DNA from: Candidatus Woesearchaeota archaeon
Lineage (GTDB): Archaea > Nanobdellota > Nanobdellia > Woesearchaeales > WAPY01
Length of the DNA: 60,414 nucleotides
Reading direction: 5' to 3'
NCBI GenBank assembly: GCA_049700835.1
Contig: JBNAUL010000001.1
Span: forward strand, 432,043 to 492,456
Every line of letters starts with the position of its first letter. Position 1 is the stretch's first letter. Shown here piece by piece: positions 40,134 through 50,270 of this stretch. The position numbers and the translations under genes are program-made. Below the pieces are notes generated by a model. The model was given only the letters and a program-made list of their open reading frames with translations. It was not told where the DNA came from and ran no database searches.

Positions 40134-41314
40134 TTTTTATTTTTCTTATTTTTCATCTCAAAAATTTTTCCTCTGATTACTTTTACTATTAAATTATTGT
40201 TTATGCTCATGTTGTCAGCAATGTTGTCGCAACTGCTAAAACAACCGCTTGGATTGTTGCCTATATTTTTGAAGAAAGGATTTTTCTTGTTGAACAGGAC
40301 TGCCATTCTTCTGAAATTATTGTATTTTTTTGAGTTCCATATTTTCTTAAAGCTTTTTTTGTATATATTACCAATTGGCATTCTATGGGCTTTTAAGCAT
40401 GGAACTACAGAACCATCAGCCATTATCCTTGCAAAAACCCAACCAACATAACAAGGAAGCTCTTTAACAACAACATCATCATAAATTCCTCTTGTTGATT
40501 TTTTATTCTTTATTCTTTCATAAAATGTCTCTATTAAAACCTCTGTTTTTTTGCAGCGCCCTGCTTGTTTTTCTCGCACTATTTCTTTAACTTCACTCAA
40601 TAATTCCTTTCTTTGATTTTCATTCAACAATAATACTTCTGTTTTTTTAGGTATTGGGTCCAAAGGAGCAAACTCTATCATTTCAGCATTAACGCTTTCA
40701 GCAAAACTTATCATGCTCTTAATATCCTTATAATTAAGGTTAAATATTACATTGTATAACTTAACAACAGGTTTTTCCTTGCTCTTTTTTGTCTTGTAAT
40801 CCTGCATGAATTTTATTGTCTCTCTTATCTTCACAAAATCATTACCTGTTTTATTAGGATGAGTTTCTGAATAAGTTTTAGGATTTGAAGCCCACAAACT
40901 GATTGTGATTTCATCCAAACCAATATCAACTAGCCATTTGGCAAGTTCTTTGTTCACAAGAGTAAAGTTCGTGTTCAAAGCGCAAACAATTCTGTTTTCT
41001 TTAATATAACTAATAACCTCTCTTATTTTAGGATGAACTAATGGTTCCCCTCCTCCGCACAGAAAAATTCTTCTCGTGCCTAATGATCTCAAATCATCAA
41101 TCAGCTTTTTTACAACATGAAAACTTAGTTTTTGCTGTTTGGCAAGAGCGCTCATGCCTTTCTCTCCTAATAAAGGAGAGTTGCACCAGCATCCAATGCA
41201 ATTGTTGTTACACATGTTTGTTAAATCAATCTGAACCCATTCAGGGCCTGCAAAAGCCCTATTTCCTGATAAGATCCCTAACAATTCCAAACCCTTGTAC
41301 TTTAAACGATTCAT
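40130..41314 (-). CDS. Radical SAM protein with SPASM/Twitch-like domain
   Basis: CNNNCIGC, GGGEP, PCYVGW...GSVVPC...CFSSCDN; likely start ATG 41314. Confidence 0.92.
   Translation of the reverse strand: MNRLKYKGLELLGILSGNRAFAGPEWVQIDLTNMCNNNCIGCWCNSPLLGEKGMSALAKQQKLSFHVVKKLIDDLRSLGTRRIFLCGGGEPLVHPKIREVISYIKENRIVCALNTNFTLVNKELAKWLVDIGLDEITISLWASNPKTYSETHPNKTGNDFVKIRETIKFMQDYKTKKSKEKPVVKLYNVIFNLNYKDIKSMISFAESVNAEMIEFAPLDPIPKKTEVLLLNENQRKELLSEVKEIVREKQAGRCKKTEVLIETFYERIKNKKSTRGIYDDVVVKELPCYVGWVFARIMADGSVVPCLKAHRMPIGNIYKKSFKKIWNSKKYNNFRRMAVLFNKKNPFFKNIGNNPSGCFSSCDNIADNMSINNNLIVKVIRGKIFEMKNKKNKK
40323..40473. repeat. 151-bp exact dispersed repeat, copy 3
   Basis: Identical to 28825-28975. Confidence 0.9.
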
Positions 41315-41563
41315 AAATAAAACCCCAAACAATCAACTTTCAGATATTGCTGTTAAGTTGATGTATTTTAAACTGTATTCTAATTATTTTTAATCCTTTT
41401 ATAAATTTTTATTTTTTCAGAACGCATTTTGAAATCTTTCAGAAATTTCTTTAGTTTTATGAATTTAATCTAATTTGATTTTGATAATTTTAAATTAATT
41501 TTTTAATTTCTCATCTGTTTCTAATCTTTCTTTGCTATCACGATTTTGATTTGCTTTGATTTT

Positions 41564-42313
41564 TTAATCTACAGGAGAAATACAAATCCAATTGACTGTT
41601 AAACCATACTTTTTGTTGTTTTTTATTATTTCATGAACTTCTATCTTTACATAGAGTTTGTCTTCAATTAAAGAACTGTTAAACACAAATTCATGGGTTT
41701 CATACTTATTATCACCGCTTATCAATAGTTCTCCAAGAGGGTGCCAAAAGTAACCATCATGGCTTATTAAGACATTGTGAGGCCTTATAGCATCTTTTCC
41801 AAGTTCATCACTTATTACAAAAGAATTTCCCCAAACATTTATTTTAAGAGAGAGTTGCGGTGTTTTATTTTCAGGAGGGATTGCCAATATAACGCCTGCC
41901 CAATTAAGAATATCCCTCCAATTTTCAGGACTTCCTCTGTAATTATCAGGCCCTCCATAGCTCTGAGGATTGTTGTAATTAATCTGTTCCCAATCGCCTA
42001 ATCCTTGATGCGTTAATTCATTGGCTTGCGAGCCCAAATCAATAAAATCAATGCAAGCTTTGAGTTCCTCAGGCGCAACATAACTATTTTTTATTTTATT
42101 CAGGTTTTCATTTGGATTTTTATTTGTCCGCATGTTTTCGTTTATTAAAATGTTAATTTCCTTTTCTTTATCTCTGTTCCTTAAATATAAGAGGTATGGC
42201 AATGCTATAATTATCAAAGCAATAACAAACAAAACTATCAAAGTTTTTGTGCTTATCTCAGCATCATCTTCTGTTTCCAAAAAGAAGTTCTTTATTTTGT
42301 CTATTAACCCCAT
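41564..42313 (-). CDS. Membrane-anchored extracellular protein, beta-sandwich-like, function unknown
   Basis: Single TM LIVLFVIALIIIALPYLLY followed by a beta-rich domain; likely start ATG 42313. Confidence 0.65.
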   Translation of the reverse strand: MGLIDKIKNFFLETEDDAEISTKTLIVLFVIALIIIALPYLLYLRNRDKEKEINILINENMRTNKNPNENLNKIKNSYVAPEELKACIDFIDLGSQANELTHQGLGDWEQINYNNPQSYGGPDNYRGSPENWRDILNWAGVILAIPPENKTPQLSLKINVWGNSFVISDELGKDAIRPHNVLISHDGYFWHPLGELLISGDNKYETHEFVFNSSLIEDKLYVKIEVHEIIKNNKKYGLTVNWICISPVD

Positions 42314-42566
42314 TTTTAAAAAACAATTTTGTTCTTTTTTATTTAAATTTTTCGATTTTTTGAAAAGGCAAATCAAAAACTTTTTAAGCATGATTACAGA
42401 AAATTATTTAAATAAACCTAAATTATTTGTTAGTAAAAACAAATCATTTTAAATATTGCAAGCGATTGCAAAATAATATGAAACAATAATATGAAACAAA
42501 ACTGAAACAATGCAATCTGAAAATGTTTTAAAAATGTTTTCAAACTAAACAATGAGAGGTGAAGGG

Positions 42567-44033
42567 ATGAAAAAAATAAATCTTCTGGCTACAATTCTTA
42601 TTTTAATTTTATCGGCAAACGCATCTGTTTTTGCTCAGGAGTTTTCAGTTAGGACTGCTCCTGTCAAAGATGAAATCAGCATTTTGGAAGAAGCTCTTTT
42701 TAATGTAACAATAAACAACAATCAGGTGGTTGATGATACTTTTACCTTTTCATCCTTGGACACTTCGAAGTGGAGGGTTTATTCAGACCCAGTCTCGGAT
42801 TACTTGACTGGAAAGCATGCAAATGCAAAGAGTTCTGAAAGCATGCTGCTCTACTTCAAACCTCTAAAGAATTTAAGTTCTGGAATTTACCAATTAGATT
42901 TAAAATTATCATCATCAAGAACAGGTGAATCTTTAACATTGCCATTCATAATTAAAATACTTCCGCTTAAACCAACAAAGGAGCAGTATAACTCTAGCAT
43001 AGGAATGAGCGTTTATTTTGAAGATGTTGTTGATCCAAGAAGAGAATCAAAGATTGTTGTTGATTTTGAGAATAAAGCTAATGCTGAGTTTAAGGGTTTG
43101 ATTTTGAAAGTTAGGAGCATTAATAGCAGTTTGGTTGATGAAAGGTTAATTGTTAACCTTGGTGCTTTGGAAAAGAGGAAAGTTGAGATTCTTCTGAAGA
43201 TAAGCAGTCTTCAAGAGCCGATAAGTGATATTTTAAATATATCTTTGGCAACTCCTGAAGATGAGGACATTAAAGTATTTCAAGAGCCTTACAGAATTTT
43301 GGGCTATACTGATTTTTCAGAAGAGAGAAGCATTAAAAAGGGATTTTTGACAAGAGAAACAGTAATTAAAACAACTAATAGGGGAAACCAGGCTGGAAAT
43401 TACACAGTAAAATACAGGATTTCTTTATTTGAGAGCTCTTTTGCAAGAACCAATCCAACAGCATATTATTTAAAAGAGGGTTCTTTAAAGTATCTTGCTT
43501 GGAATTTGAACTTAAAAAGCTTGGAATCAAAGAGCGTTATTGTAAGGGAGAATTATGCTGTCTTGCTTTTAGTTTTTGTAATACTTTGCGTAGGATTGAT
43601 AATCTATTTTGTATTTAGGATTCCAATAGTAATCACAAAAAAGGCAAAGATAATTAGATTAAAAGAAGGCGGCATATCTGAATTAAAGGTTGTTCTTCAC
43701 ATAAAGAACAGGGGCCCAAGGTATGTTTCAGAGGTAAAGTTGATTGATTCTCTGCCGAACATTGCAGAAATAGAAGAATCCCTAGATATAGGACCTTTAA
43801 AGCCTGAAAAAGTGATAAGGCAGAGTTCAAGAGGAACAATCATAAAGTGGGACCTTGGAGTTCTTGACAAGTTTGAAGAAAGAATAATTAGCTATAAAGT
43901 AAAATCAAAACTTTCAATACTTGGATGGTTCACTCTGCCTCCTGCGATTGTTAAATACAAGATAAACAATAAAGAATACAAGGTCTATTCAAAGAGAATA
44001 AAGCTTGGAGTTGAAGAGGAAAAAAGAGTATAA
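42567..44033 (+). CDS. Secreted multi-Ig-like surface protein with internal TM helix (COG1470/DUF11-like)
   Basis: GAGGTG SD, signal peptide, beta-rich repeats, TM AVLLLVFVILCVGLIIYFVF, C-terminal LKVVLHIKN..VKLIDSLP..IKWDL..LPPAIVKY. Confidence 0.7.
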   Translation: MKKINLLATILILILSANASVFAQEFSVRTAPVKDEISILEEALFNVTINNNQVVDDTFTFSSLDTSKWRVYSDPVSDYLTGKHANAKSSESMLLYFKPLKNLSSGIYQLDLKLSSSRTGESLTLPFIIKILPLKPTKEQYNSSIGMSVYFEDVVDPRRESKIVVDFENKANAEFKGLILKVRSINSSLVDERLIVNLGALEKRKVEILLKISSLQEPISDILNISLATPEDEDIKVFQEPYRILGYTDFSEERSIKKGFLTRETVIKTTNRGNQAGNYTVKYRISLFESSFARTNPTAYYLKEGSLKYLAWNLNLKSLESKSVIVRENYAVLLLVFVILCVGLIIYFVFRIPIVITKKAKIIRLKEGGISELKVVLHIKNRGPRYVSEVKLIDSLPNIAEIEESLDIGPLKPEKVIRQSSRGTIIKWDLGVLDKFEERIISYKVKSKLSILGWFTLPPAIVKYKINNKEYKVYSKRIKLGVEEEKRV

Positions 44034-44438
44034 ACAGAGTGCTGAGATTATAATTTAAGCACATTAAAACTGATTTTTGATTAGTTTTAGAAAGAGATAC
44101 ATTCTAAAAAATCAAAGCATTTTATAGTTAATGATTTTTAAGTTACTGCTTATTAATTTATTTATTGCTGATAAGCAATTGGTTATCTAGTATCATGAAG
44201 CAAAAGCATAAAGCTAATAAGTCTATGCAAATAAGCTTTTAGCATACGCAAAGCATGGGAAACATAATTTTAGATGTTTTTTATGAGCAATATTAATGAA
44301 GAAAGAAAAATGAATTGATTGAAAGCACCTAGGAATTATCATTGGAAAATGTCTTTTTATCCATTTTATTTTTTTATTTTTATTTTTAATATTTTATAAA
44401 CAATATTCTCAAAACCTTAAAACCTTAAAAACCAGCAA

Positions 44439-44822
44439 CTAAATTTCCTTTGTTTGGTTGTCCTCAAAATCAACCAGTCTTATTCCTAAACCAGACTTTA
44501 ACAATGAAGAGATTATTGCAGCATGTTCTTTTCCTGTTCCAGATGTTATGTTAAGCGCAACTTCTGTTCCTAATGAAAATTCAGGCATTTTTGAAAACTC
44601 TGACATGAGCTGTTTGACAAGTTCATAGTATCTCTTGTTTTCATAATCTAATCTAATTGTTCTTATTTTTTTGTTTATCCTTGTTTTAAATCTCTCAAAC
44701 TTTTCTACAAAAAAACTGTTCCCAACAAGAATTATGCTCTCCCAATCTTCAGCATTTATTAGGTTTATTATGTTGTTCCAAGTTCCTTTTCCAGAGCCAA
44801 GCGAGATTACTAAGTTAGTCAT
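44439..44822 (-). CDS. Small stand-alone Rossmann-like protein, possibly CARF-fold
   Basis: N-terminal LVISLGSG and later VALNITSGTGKE resemble the two conserved CARF motifs. Confidence 0.5.
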   Translation of the reverse strand: MTNLVISLGSGKGTWNNIINLINAEDWESIILVGNSFFVEKFERFKTRINKKIRTIRLDYENKRYYELVKQLMSEFSKMPEFSLGTEVALNITSGTGKEHAAIISSLLKSGLGIRLVDFEDNQTKEI

Positions 44823-45009
44823 AATTTCTAAAAATGTTCTTCTCTTATTTAAATCTTTACAAAAATAATCTTAAGAATAATTTTAAAGCAATATTCGCTT
44901 ACTTTGATATATGTTAGATATTATATATATTCAAGAATAAAAATATTTTTATATAAGTTTATTTAAGATTATATTTGTTGATTTTAAATAAACAAAGGAG
45001 GTGGTAAAA

Positions 45010-45459
45010 ATGGACATATTTGATGAACTTAGAAGAATACAATATGAAATGGACAGGTTATTTAGGGAATTAAGCCCAACAAGAGAGCTTTTACCATCTT
45101 CCAAAGAAAAACAGCATATAATAGAATACAGGCATCCTGCAACAAACATCTATGAAACAGAAAATGCAGTGATAGCAGAATTTGAGGTTCCAGGAGTAAA
45201 TAAAAACGATATAGAACTAAATGTGACTGAAAACGAAATTGAAGTTAAAATTGACAAGAAACTTGAAAAAGAAGTGAAGAAAAAGGGATACTACATCTAT
45301 GAATCAAAGAGGCATGGATTCTATAGAAGATTGCCCTTGCCAACAGAAGTGATTCCAGAAAAAACAAAGGCAGAACTCCAAAACGGGGTTTTGAAGGTTG
45401 AGATGCCAAAAACAGAAAAAACAGAAGAGAAAAAGAAAAAGAGGATAAGCATAAGTTAA
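45010..45459 (+). CDS. hsp20: Small heat shock protein (Hsp20/alpha-crystallin)
   Basis: EVPGVNKNDIEL, FYRRLPLP, AELQNGVLKVEMPK; GGAGGTG SD. Confidence 0.95.
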   Translation: MDIFDELRRIQYEMDRLFRELSPTRELLPSSKEKQHIIEYRHPATNIYETENAVIAEFEVPGVNKNDIELNVTENEIEVKIDKKLEKEVKKKGYYIYESKRHGFYRRLPLPTEVIPEKTKAELQNGVLKVEMPKTEKTEEKKKKRISIS

Positions 45460-45527
45460 AAATCTTATGCAAACATATGAAAACAAAAAAATTTTGATTT
45501 TTTTTATTTTTGATTTAAAAGGTCAAA

Positions 45528-46307
45528 ATGCAAAAACAAGAACAAAATTTCAAACAAAATCAAAAAGCAGAAGAGCAAAGAATATCTTTAAAAACAGATT
45601 TAGATGAATCAGAGAACAGAAATCATCTACAAGATAATGCAAAAAACAAATCAATGGAAATTGGCAAAGAAAACAAGGATAATAAGGACAATAAGGACAA
45701 CAGAGACAATAATGAAACCAAAGACAAGGATGTAAGCGATGCTGAAAGAAATTTGGAATCTCTAAAAAAACTTGTTGAGGAGAAAGACAAAGAAATAGAA
45801 GAATTGATAAATCATTTGAAGAGATTGCAAGCAGAGTTTGAAAATTACAAGAAAAGGGTTGAAAAGGACAAGGAGCAAGCAAACAACATTGTTTTAAAGG
45901 ATTTCATAAAAAACTTGCTTCCTGTGCTTGACAGTTTTGAAATAGCTCTAAAGAACAGTGCGGATTTGAAAAACTTTAAAAGCGGGGTTGAATTAATCTA
46001 TGCTCAGCTTTACAATTTATTGAAGAATTATGGGGTCAGCGAAATAAAATCCTTGGGGGAAAAATTCAATCCTTTAATGCATGAAGTTTTGATGGCAGAG
46101 GAATCAAATGTTGAAAAGGACACAATCATTGAAGAATTCCAAAAGGGTTATTTGCTCAATGGTTTTGTTTTAAGAACAGCAAAGGTAAAGATAAGTTCAG
46201 GAGAAGATGCAAAAAATTTAGAAGGTAAAAACGAAAAAGCAGAAGAACAAACAGCAAAAGGAACAGCAGAAGGCAAAAATAAGAAAGAGGATTTAAAAAA
46301 ATGCTAA
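45528..46307 (+). CDS. grpE: Nucleotide exchange factor GrpE
   Basis: RLQAEFENYKKR, LLPVLDSFE, GEKFNPLMHE, QKGYLLNGFVLRTAKV. Confidence 0.95.
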   Translation: MQKQEQNFKQNQKAEEQRISLKTDLDESENRNHLQDNAKNKSMEIGKENKDNKDNKDNRDNNETKDKDVSDAERNLESLKKLVEEKDKEIEELINHLKRLQAEFENYKKRVEKDKEQANNIVLKDFIKNLLPVLDSFEIALKNSADLKNFKSGVELIYAQLYNLLKNYGVSEIKSLGEKFNPLMHEVLMAEESNVEKDTIIEEFQKGYLLNGFVLRTAKVKISSGEDAKNLEGKNEKAEEQTAKGTAEGKNKKEDLKKC

Positions 46308-46879
46308 TCTCAAAAAAAACTCCTCTAAACCACATTTTGTCATTAGGAGCAGAGTGCAACAACTGCGGAATTTGCTGCAAAAACGGGCAGGGATTTGTAT
46401 TGAATGATGAAATCAAAAAAATTGCAGAGCATCTTGGAATATCAGAAGACGAACTGCTAAATAATCATCTTGAAAGAACAGTTGTATTTAACAAAGAAAT
46501 ATTCAAAACAAGAAGAAAAAATACTTCAGAAAAGAATAGAATTCCTGTAGGCGCCTGCATTTTTTATGATGATGAAAATGGATGCACAATACAAGAAGCA
46601 AAACCGCTCTTTTGCAAAATAGTGAATTGCAAGCCGTATTCAAGCGAGATAATACAATGGTATTTTTTAAACTATGTTTTGGATACAGAAGACCCTGAAG
46701 CAATAAGGCAGTGGGTTCACTTTATAAAATACAACGAGCCTATTCCAGGAGCTCAACTAAAAGAACTTGTTAAAGAAGAAGAACTTGCAAAGATAATGAA
46801 TTTTGAGCTCTTAAACAAAACCCAAAAAAATATAGAATCTCTAAAGCAGTCAATTCAAAACATAATAAAAAAACAATGA
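46301..46879 (+). CDS. YkgJ-family cysteine-cluster (Zn/Fe-S) protein
   Basis: CNNCGICC, CIF..GCTIQEAKPLFC. Confidence 0.85.
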   Translation: MLISKKTPLNHILSLGAECNNCGICCKNGQGFVLNDEIKKIAEHLGISEDELLNNHLERTVVFNKEIFKTRRKNTSEKNRIPVGACIFYDDENGCTIQEAKPLFCKIVNCKPYSSEIIQWYFLNYVLDTEDPEAIRQWVHFIKYNEPIPGAQLKELVKEEELAKIMNFELLNKTQKNIESLKQSIQNIIKKQ

Positions 46880-47020
46880 ATAATCATAATAAAAAATAAA
46901 AACAAAAAACAAAGAAATAAATTGAGAATATAAATCAAAAAACTGAAAATAAAAAAATAATAAAAACAAAATAAAAAAATAAAGATAAAAATCAGACAAA
47001 AAATCAGATAAAAGGTTAAA

Positions 47021-47377
47021 ATGAGAGTTCCAATAAACAACAACTCTTCAGAATATTCAGAATATTTTGAAAGGCCAAGAGAAAAGCAGAGGATATTCTT
47101 AAATTCAGCAACGCTCTTAAAGTATTTTTTGAATACAGACGATTACATAGACACTCTAATAACATGCAGGGGAACAGAATTAGAGCTTACAACGCACGAT
47201 TACAACCTTTACGAAGCATTAGGTTCGTTGAAATCTTATGACAACTTTAACATAAACAGGCTTGTTAAGTTGTTAGAGGTTGTGAAAATAACCCCTTACG
47301 AGAACAAGGAAGGGAAAAACATACTCACAGATAAAAGGATTGAGGACTTGAGAAAGGAAGCCCTGAAGAAAGAGTAA
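47021..47377 (+). CDS. Hypothetical protein, possibly degenerate PIN-like fold
   Basis: IFLNSATLLKYF and TTHDYNLYEAL resemble PIN beta1/helix and T...L.E motifs, with the first Asp replaced by Asn. Confidence 0.5.
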   Translation: MRVPINNNSSEYSEYFERPREKQRIFLNSATLLKYFLNTDDYIDTLITCRGTELELTTHDYNLYEALGSLKSYDNFNINRLVKLLEVVKITPYENKEGKNILTDKRIEDLRKEALKKE

Positions 47378-47615
47378 AATTTCTTGAACTAAGAGCGAAA
47401 AAGAGCGAATAATATAGCATAGAAACTACATAAATATAAAATAAATATGAAGTGCAAAAACAAGAGCAAAAACAAGAACAAGAATTCAAAGCATTTTAAA
47501 ACAATTTGCTCATATTAATTGACTATACTAAAAATTCATCAGCACTAAATAAAAAGTTTGACAAAGTTTAAAAAATTTAACAAAAACTCAGACCAAAATC
47601 AGAGAGGTGATTGTT

Positions 47616-49520
47616 ATGGAAAAGATAATAGGAATAGATTTAGGGACTTCAAACAGCTGCGCAGCTGTTCTTGAAGCAGGAAAACCCATAATAATTCCAA
47701 GCGCTGAGGGACCAACATACGCTGGAAAAACAGTTCCAAGCGTAGTGGCTTTTACAAAGGACGGTCAGGTGCTTGTAGGAGAACCTGCCAGAAGGCAGGC
47801 TGTGAGCAATCCTGAGAACACAATAACAGGAGTGAAGAGAAAGATGGGAACAACTTACAGATACAAAATCATGAATAAGGAATACACACCTCAGCAAATA
47901 TCAGCTTTTATACTACAAAAGATAAAGAGGGATGCTGAAGAATTCTTGGGAACAGAAATAAAAAAGGCAGTAATAACAGTACCTGCTTATTTTGACGACA
48001 ACCAAAGACAGGCAACAAAGGATGCAGGAACAATTGCAGGTTTGGATGTTGTCAGAATAATAAACGAGCCAACAGCCGCTTGTTTAGCATATGGACTTGA
48101 CAAAGTCAATCAAGAATTAAAAATTCTTGTTTTTGATTTTGGAGGAGGAACTCTTGATGTTACAATAATGGAATTCGGAGAAGGAGTTTTTGAAGTAAAA
48201 TCCACTTCAGGAGACACACAACTCGGTGGAAGAGACATGGATGAAGCGCTGCTGAATTATGTTGTTGAAGAATTCAAAAAACATGAAGGAGTGGATATCA
48301 GCAAGGACAAGACAGCAATAACAAGATTGAGGGAAGCAGTTGAAAAGGCAAAGATTGAACTGAGTTCTGTTCTGGAAACAGAAATAAACCTTCCATTCAT
48401 AACAGCCACAAAGGAAGGACCAAAGCATTTAGTAATGAAAATAACAAGGGCAAAGCTTGAATTTCTTGTAAAGCCAATAATTGAAAGATGCAAAGGTCCT
48501 TTGGAAAAGGCATTGAACGATGCTAAACTAAAACCAGAGGACATAGACAAAGTAATCCTTGTTGGCGGGCCTACAAGAATGCCCATAGTGCAGAAGTTCG
48601 TAGAGGACTATATCGGGAAAAAAATAGAGAGAGGAGTTGATCCTATGGAATGCGTTGCGATGGGAGCAGCAATACAAGCAGGAATTTTAGCAGGAGAAGT
48701 TAAGGACATACTACTTTTGGATGTAACCCCTCTAAGCTTAGGAATTGAAACTTTGGGAGGAATATTCACAAAACTCATTGAGAGAAATACAACGATACCT
48801 GTAAGAAAGTCGCAGATATTCAGCACTGCTTCTGATTATCAAACAGCGGTTTCTATAAGGGTTTTTCAGGGAGAGAGACCCATGGCTGCTGACAACAAAT
48901 TGCTCGGGCAGTTCGATCTAGTAGGAATACCGCCTGCGCCAAGAGGAATACCTCAAATAGAAGTAACCTTTGACATTGATGCAAACGGCATATTGCATGT
49001 GTCTGCAAAGGATTTGGGAACAGGCAGGGAGCAAAAGATAACAATAACAGCCCCTATGAAACTAAAGGAAGAAGAGATTGAGAGAATGAGAAAAGAGGCA
49101 GAGAGATATGAAAAAGAGGACAAGAAAAAGAAGGAGTTAGCAGAAGCAGTAAATCAAGCAGACAGTTTGATTTACACGACAGAGAAATTGTTGAAAGATG
49201 TTGAATCCAAGATTGAAGAATCAAAGATAAATGTAGTGAAAAACAAACTTGCAAGTTTAAGAGATGAAATAAGCAAGGAAAACAAGGATGTTGAGGAAAT
49301 AAGAAAGAGAATAGATGAACTAACAGTTGCTGTTCAGGAGATATCAGTGGAACTTTATTCAAAAAGAGATGGTAAAGAATCAGGAAAAGAGCACCGTTCA
49401 GAACAGGAGGATGGCAGGGGTGGTAGCAGCAAACAAGGAGATGAAGAGAATGAAGGAGATAATGTTTATGATGCTGACTATGAAGTGAAAGACAAGGGCT
49501 CGGCAAAGAAAGAAAAGTAG
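47616..49520 (+). CDS. dnaK: Chaperone DnaK (Hsp70)
   Basis: [50 protein letters not shown]. Confidence 0.99.
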   Translation: MEKIIGIDLGTSNSCAAVLEAGKPIIIPSAEGPTYAGKTVPSVVAFTKDGQVLVGEPARRQAVSNPENTITGVKRKMGTTYRYKIMNKEYTPQQISAFILQKIKRDAEEFLGTEIKKAVITVPAYFDDNQRQATKDAGTIAGLDVVRIINEPTAACLAYGLDKVNQELKILVFDFGGGTLDVTIMEFGEGVFEVKSTSGDTQLGGRDMDEALLNYVVEEFKKHEGVDISKDKTAITRLREAVEKAKIELSSVLETEINLPFITATKEGPKHLVMKITRAKLEFLVKPIIERCKGPLEKALNDAKLKPEDIDKVILVGGPTRMPIVQKFVEDYIGKKIERGVDPMECVAMGAAIQAGILAGEVKDILLLDVTPLSLGIETLGGIFTKLIERNTTIPVRKSQIFSTASDYQTAVSIRVFQGERPMAADNKLLGQFDLVGIPPAPRGIPQIEVTFDIDANGILHVSAKDLGTGREQKITITAPMKLKEEEIERMRKEAERYEKEDKKKKELAEAVNQADSLIYTTEKLLKDVESKIEESKINVVKNKLASLRDEISKENKDVEEIRKRIDELTVAVQEISVELYSKRDGKESGKEHRSEQEDGRGGSSKQGDEENEGDNVYDADYEVKDKGSAKKEK

Positions 49521-49565
49521 AAGAAAAGTAGGATAGGTTAAAATTGTAATTGTTTTTTAAACATC

Positions 49566-50270
49566 ATGAGAATAATAATAGCAAAGGATGCTAAGGATTT
49601 GAGCAGAAAGGCAGCGCTTATAATGAAGAAACAGCTTGAGATTAAGAAAAATTCCAAAATACTTTTGCCAACAGGAAGAACTCCTTTACTATTCTACAAG
49701 GAGCTTGCAGAAATGAATAAAAAATCTGAGATTGATTTTTCAAAAGCAGTATTCTTTAATCTTGACGAATATCTTGGTTCAAAGCCCTCTGACAAGGAAA
49801 GCTTTAATTATTATCTAAGAAAGAATTTTTTTGGAAAGATAAATGCTGATGAAAAAAAGATTCACTTGCTCAGAGGAGATATTCCAAAATCAAAACTTAA
49901 AGCAGCATGCAAAGATTATGAGAAAAAGATAGGCAATAACATAGATATAACCTTCCTTGGAATAGGAGTAGACGCGCACATAGCCTTCAATGAACCAGGA
50001 ACAAATTTCAGGACAAAAACTCACATAGCAGAGTTGAAGCAGAGCACGATAAAAAAGAACAAAACAAGATTTAAGAAGGCAATAACCGTTGGCATAAGCA
50101 CGATAATGCGCTCAAAAAGGATTGTAATGCTTGCATATGGAAACGAAAAAGTAAAGGCTATAAGAGCTCTGCTCTTTCACAAGATAAACAGTAAGGAACC
50201 AGCTACAATACTAAGAAAGCACAAGAATTTTATTCTTCTGATAACAAAAGAGATTGCAGAAAAATTATGA
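49566..50270 (+). CDS. nagB: Glucosamine-6-phosphate deaminase (bacterial NagB type)
   Basis: LPTGRTP, FNLDEY, LGIGVDAHIAFNEPG, AITVGI. Confidence 0.9.
   Translation: MRIIIAKDAKDLSRKAALIMKKQLEIKKNSKILLPTGRTPLLFYKELAEMNKKSEIDFSKAVFFNLDEYLGSKPSDKESFNYYLRKNFFGKINADEKKIHLLRGDIPKSKLKAACKDYEKKIGNNIDITFLGIGVDAHIAFNEPGTNFRTKTHIAELKQSTIKKNKTRFKKAITVGISTIMRSKRIVMLAYGNEKVKAIRALLFHKINSKEPATILRKHKNFILLITKEIAEKL

Noticed and set aside
28825..40473. Diversity-generating retroelement TR/VR pair
   Set aside because: Copies are identical rather than adenine-mutated, all are inside coding frames, and there is no reverse transcriptase in the window
24147..41563. RiPP (ranthipeptide/sactipeptide) cluster suggested by SPASM enzymes
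   Set aside because: No short Cys/Trp/Ser-rich precursor ORF, PqqD/RRE domain or peptide exporter seen; the 61-aa ORF at 24588 is the 5' piece of a pseudogene. A remote precursor cannot be excluded
42472..42540. Short direct repeats (AATAATATGAAAC x2, AAAATGTTTT x2) between divergent genes as operator sites
   Set aside because: Low-complexity AT-rich sequence; no regulator or second occurrence to support it
44034..44438. Possible small ORFs or gene remnant
   Set aside because: Frames are broken by several stops and show no recognisable motif
47539..47565. CIRCE heat-shock operator upstream of dnaK
   Set aside because: Only the left half-site (TCAGCACTA) resembles TTAGCACTC; the right half does not match
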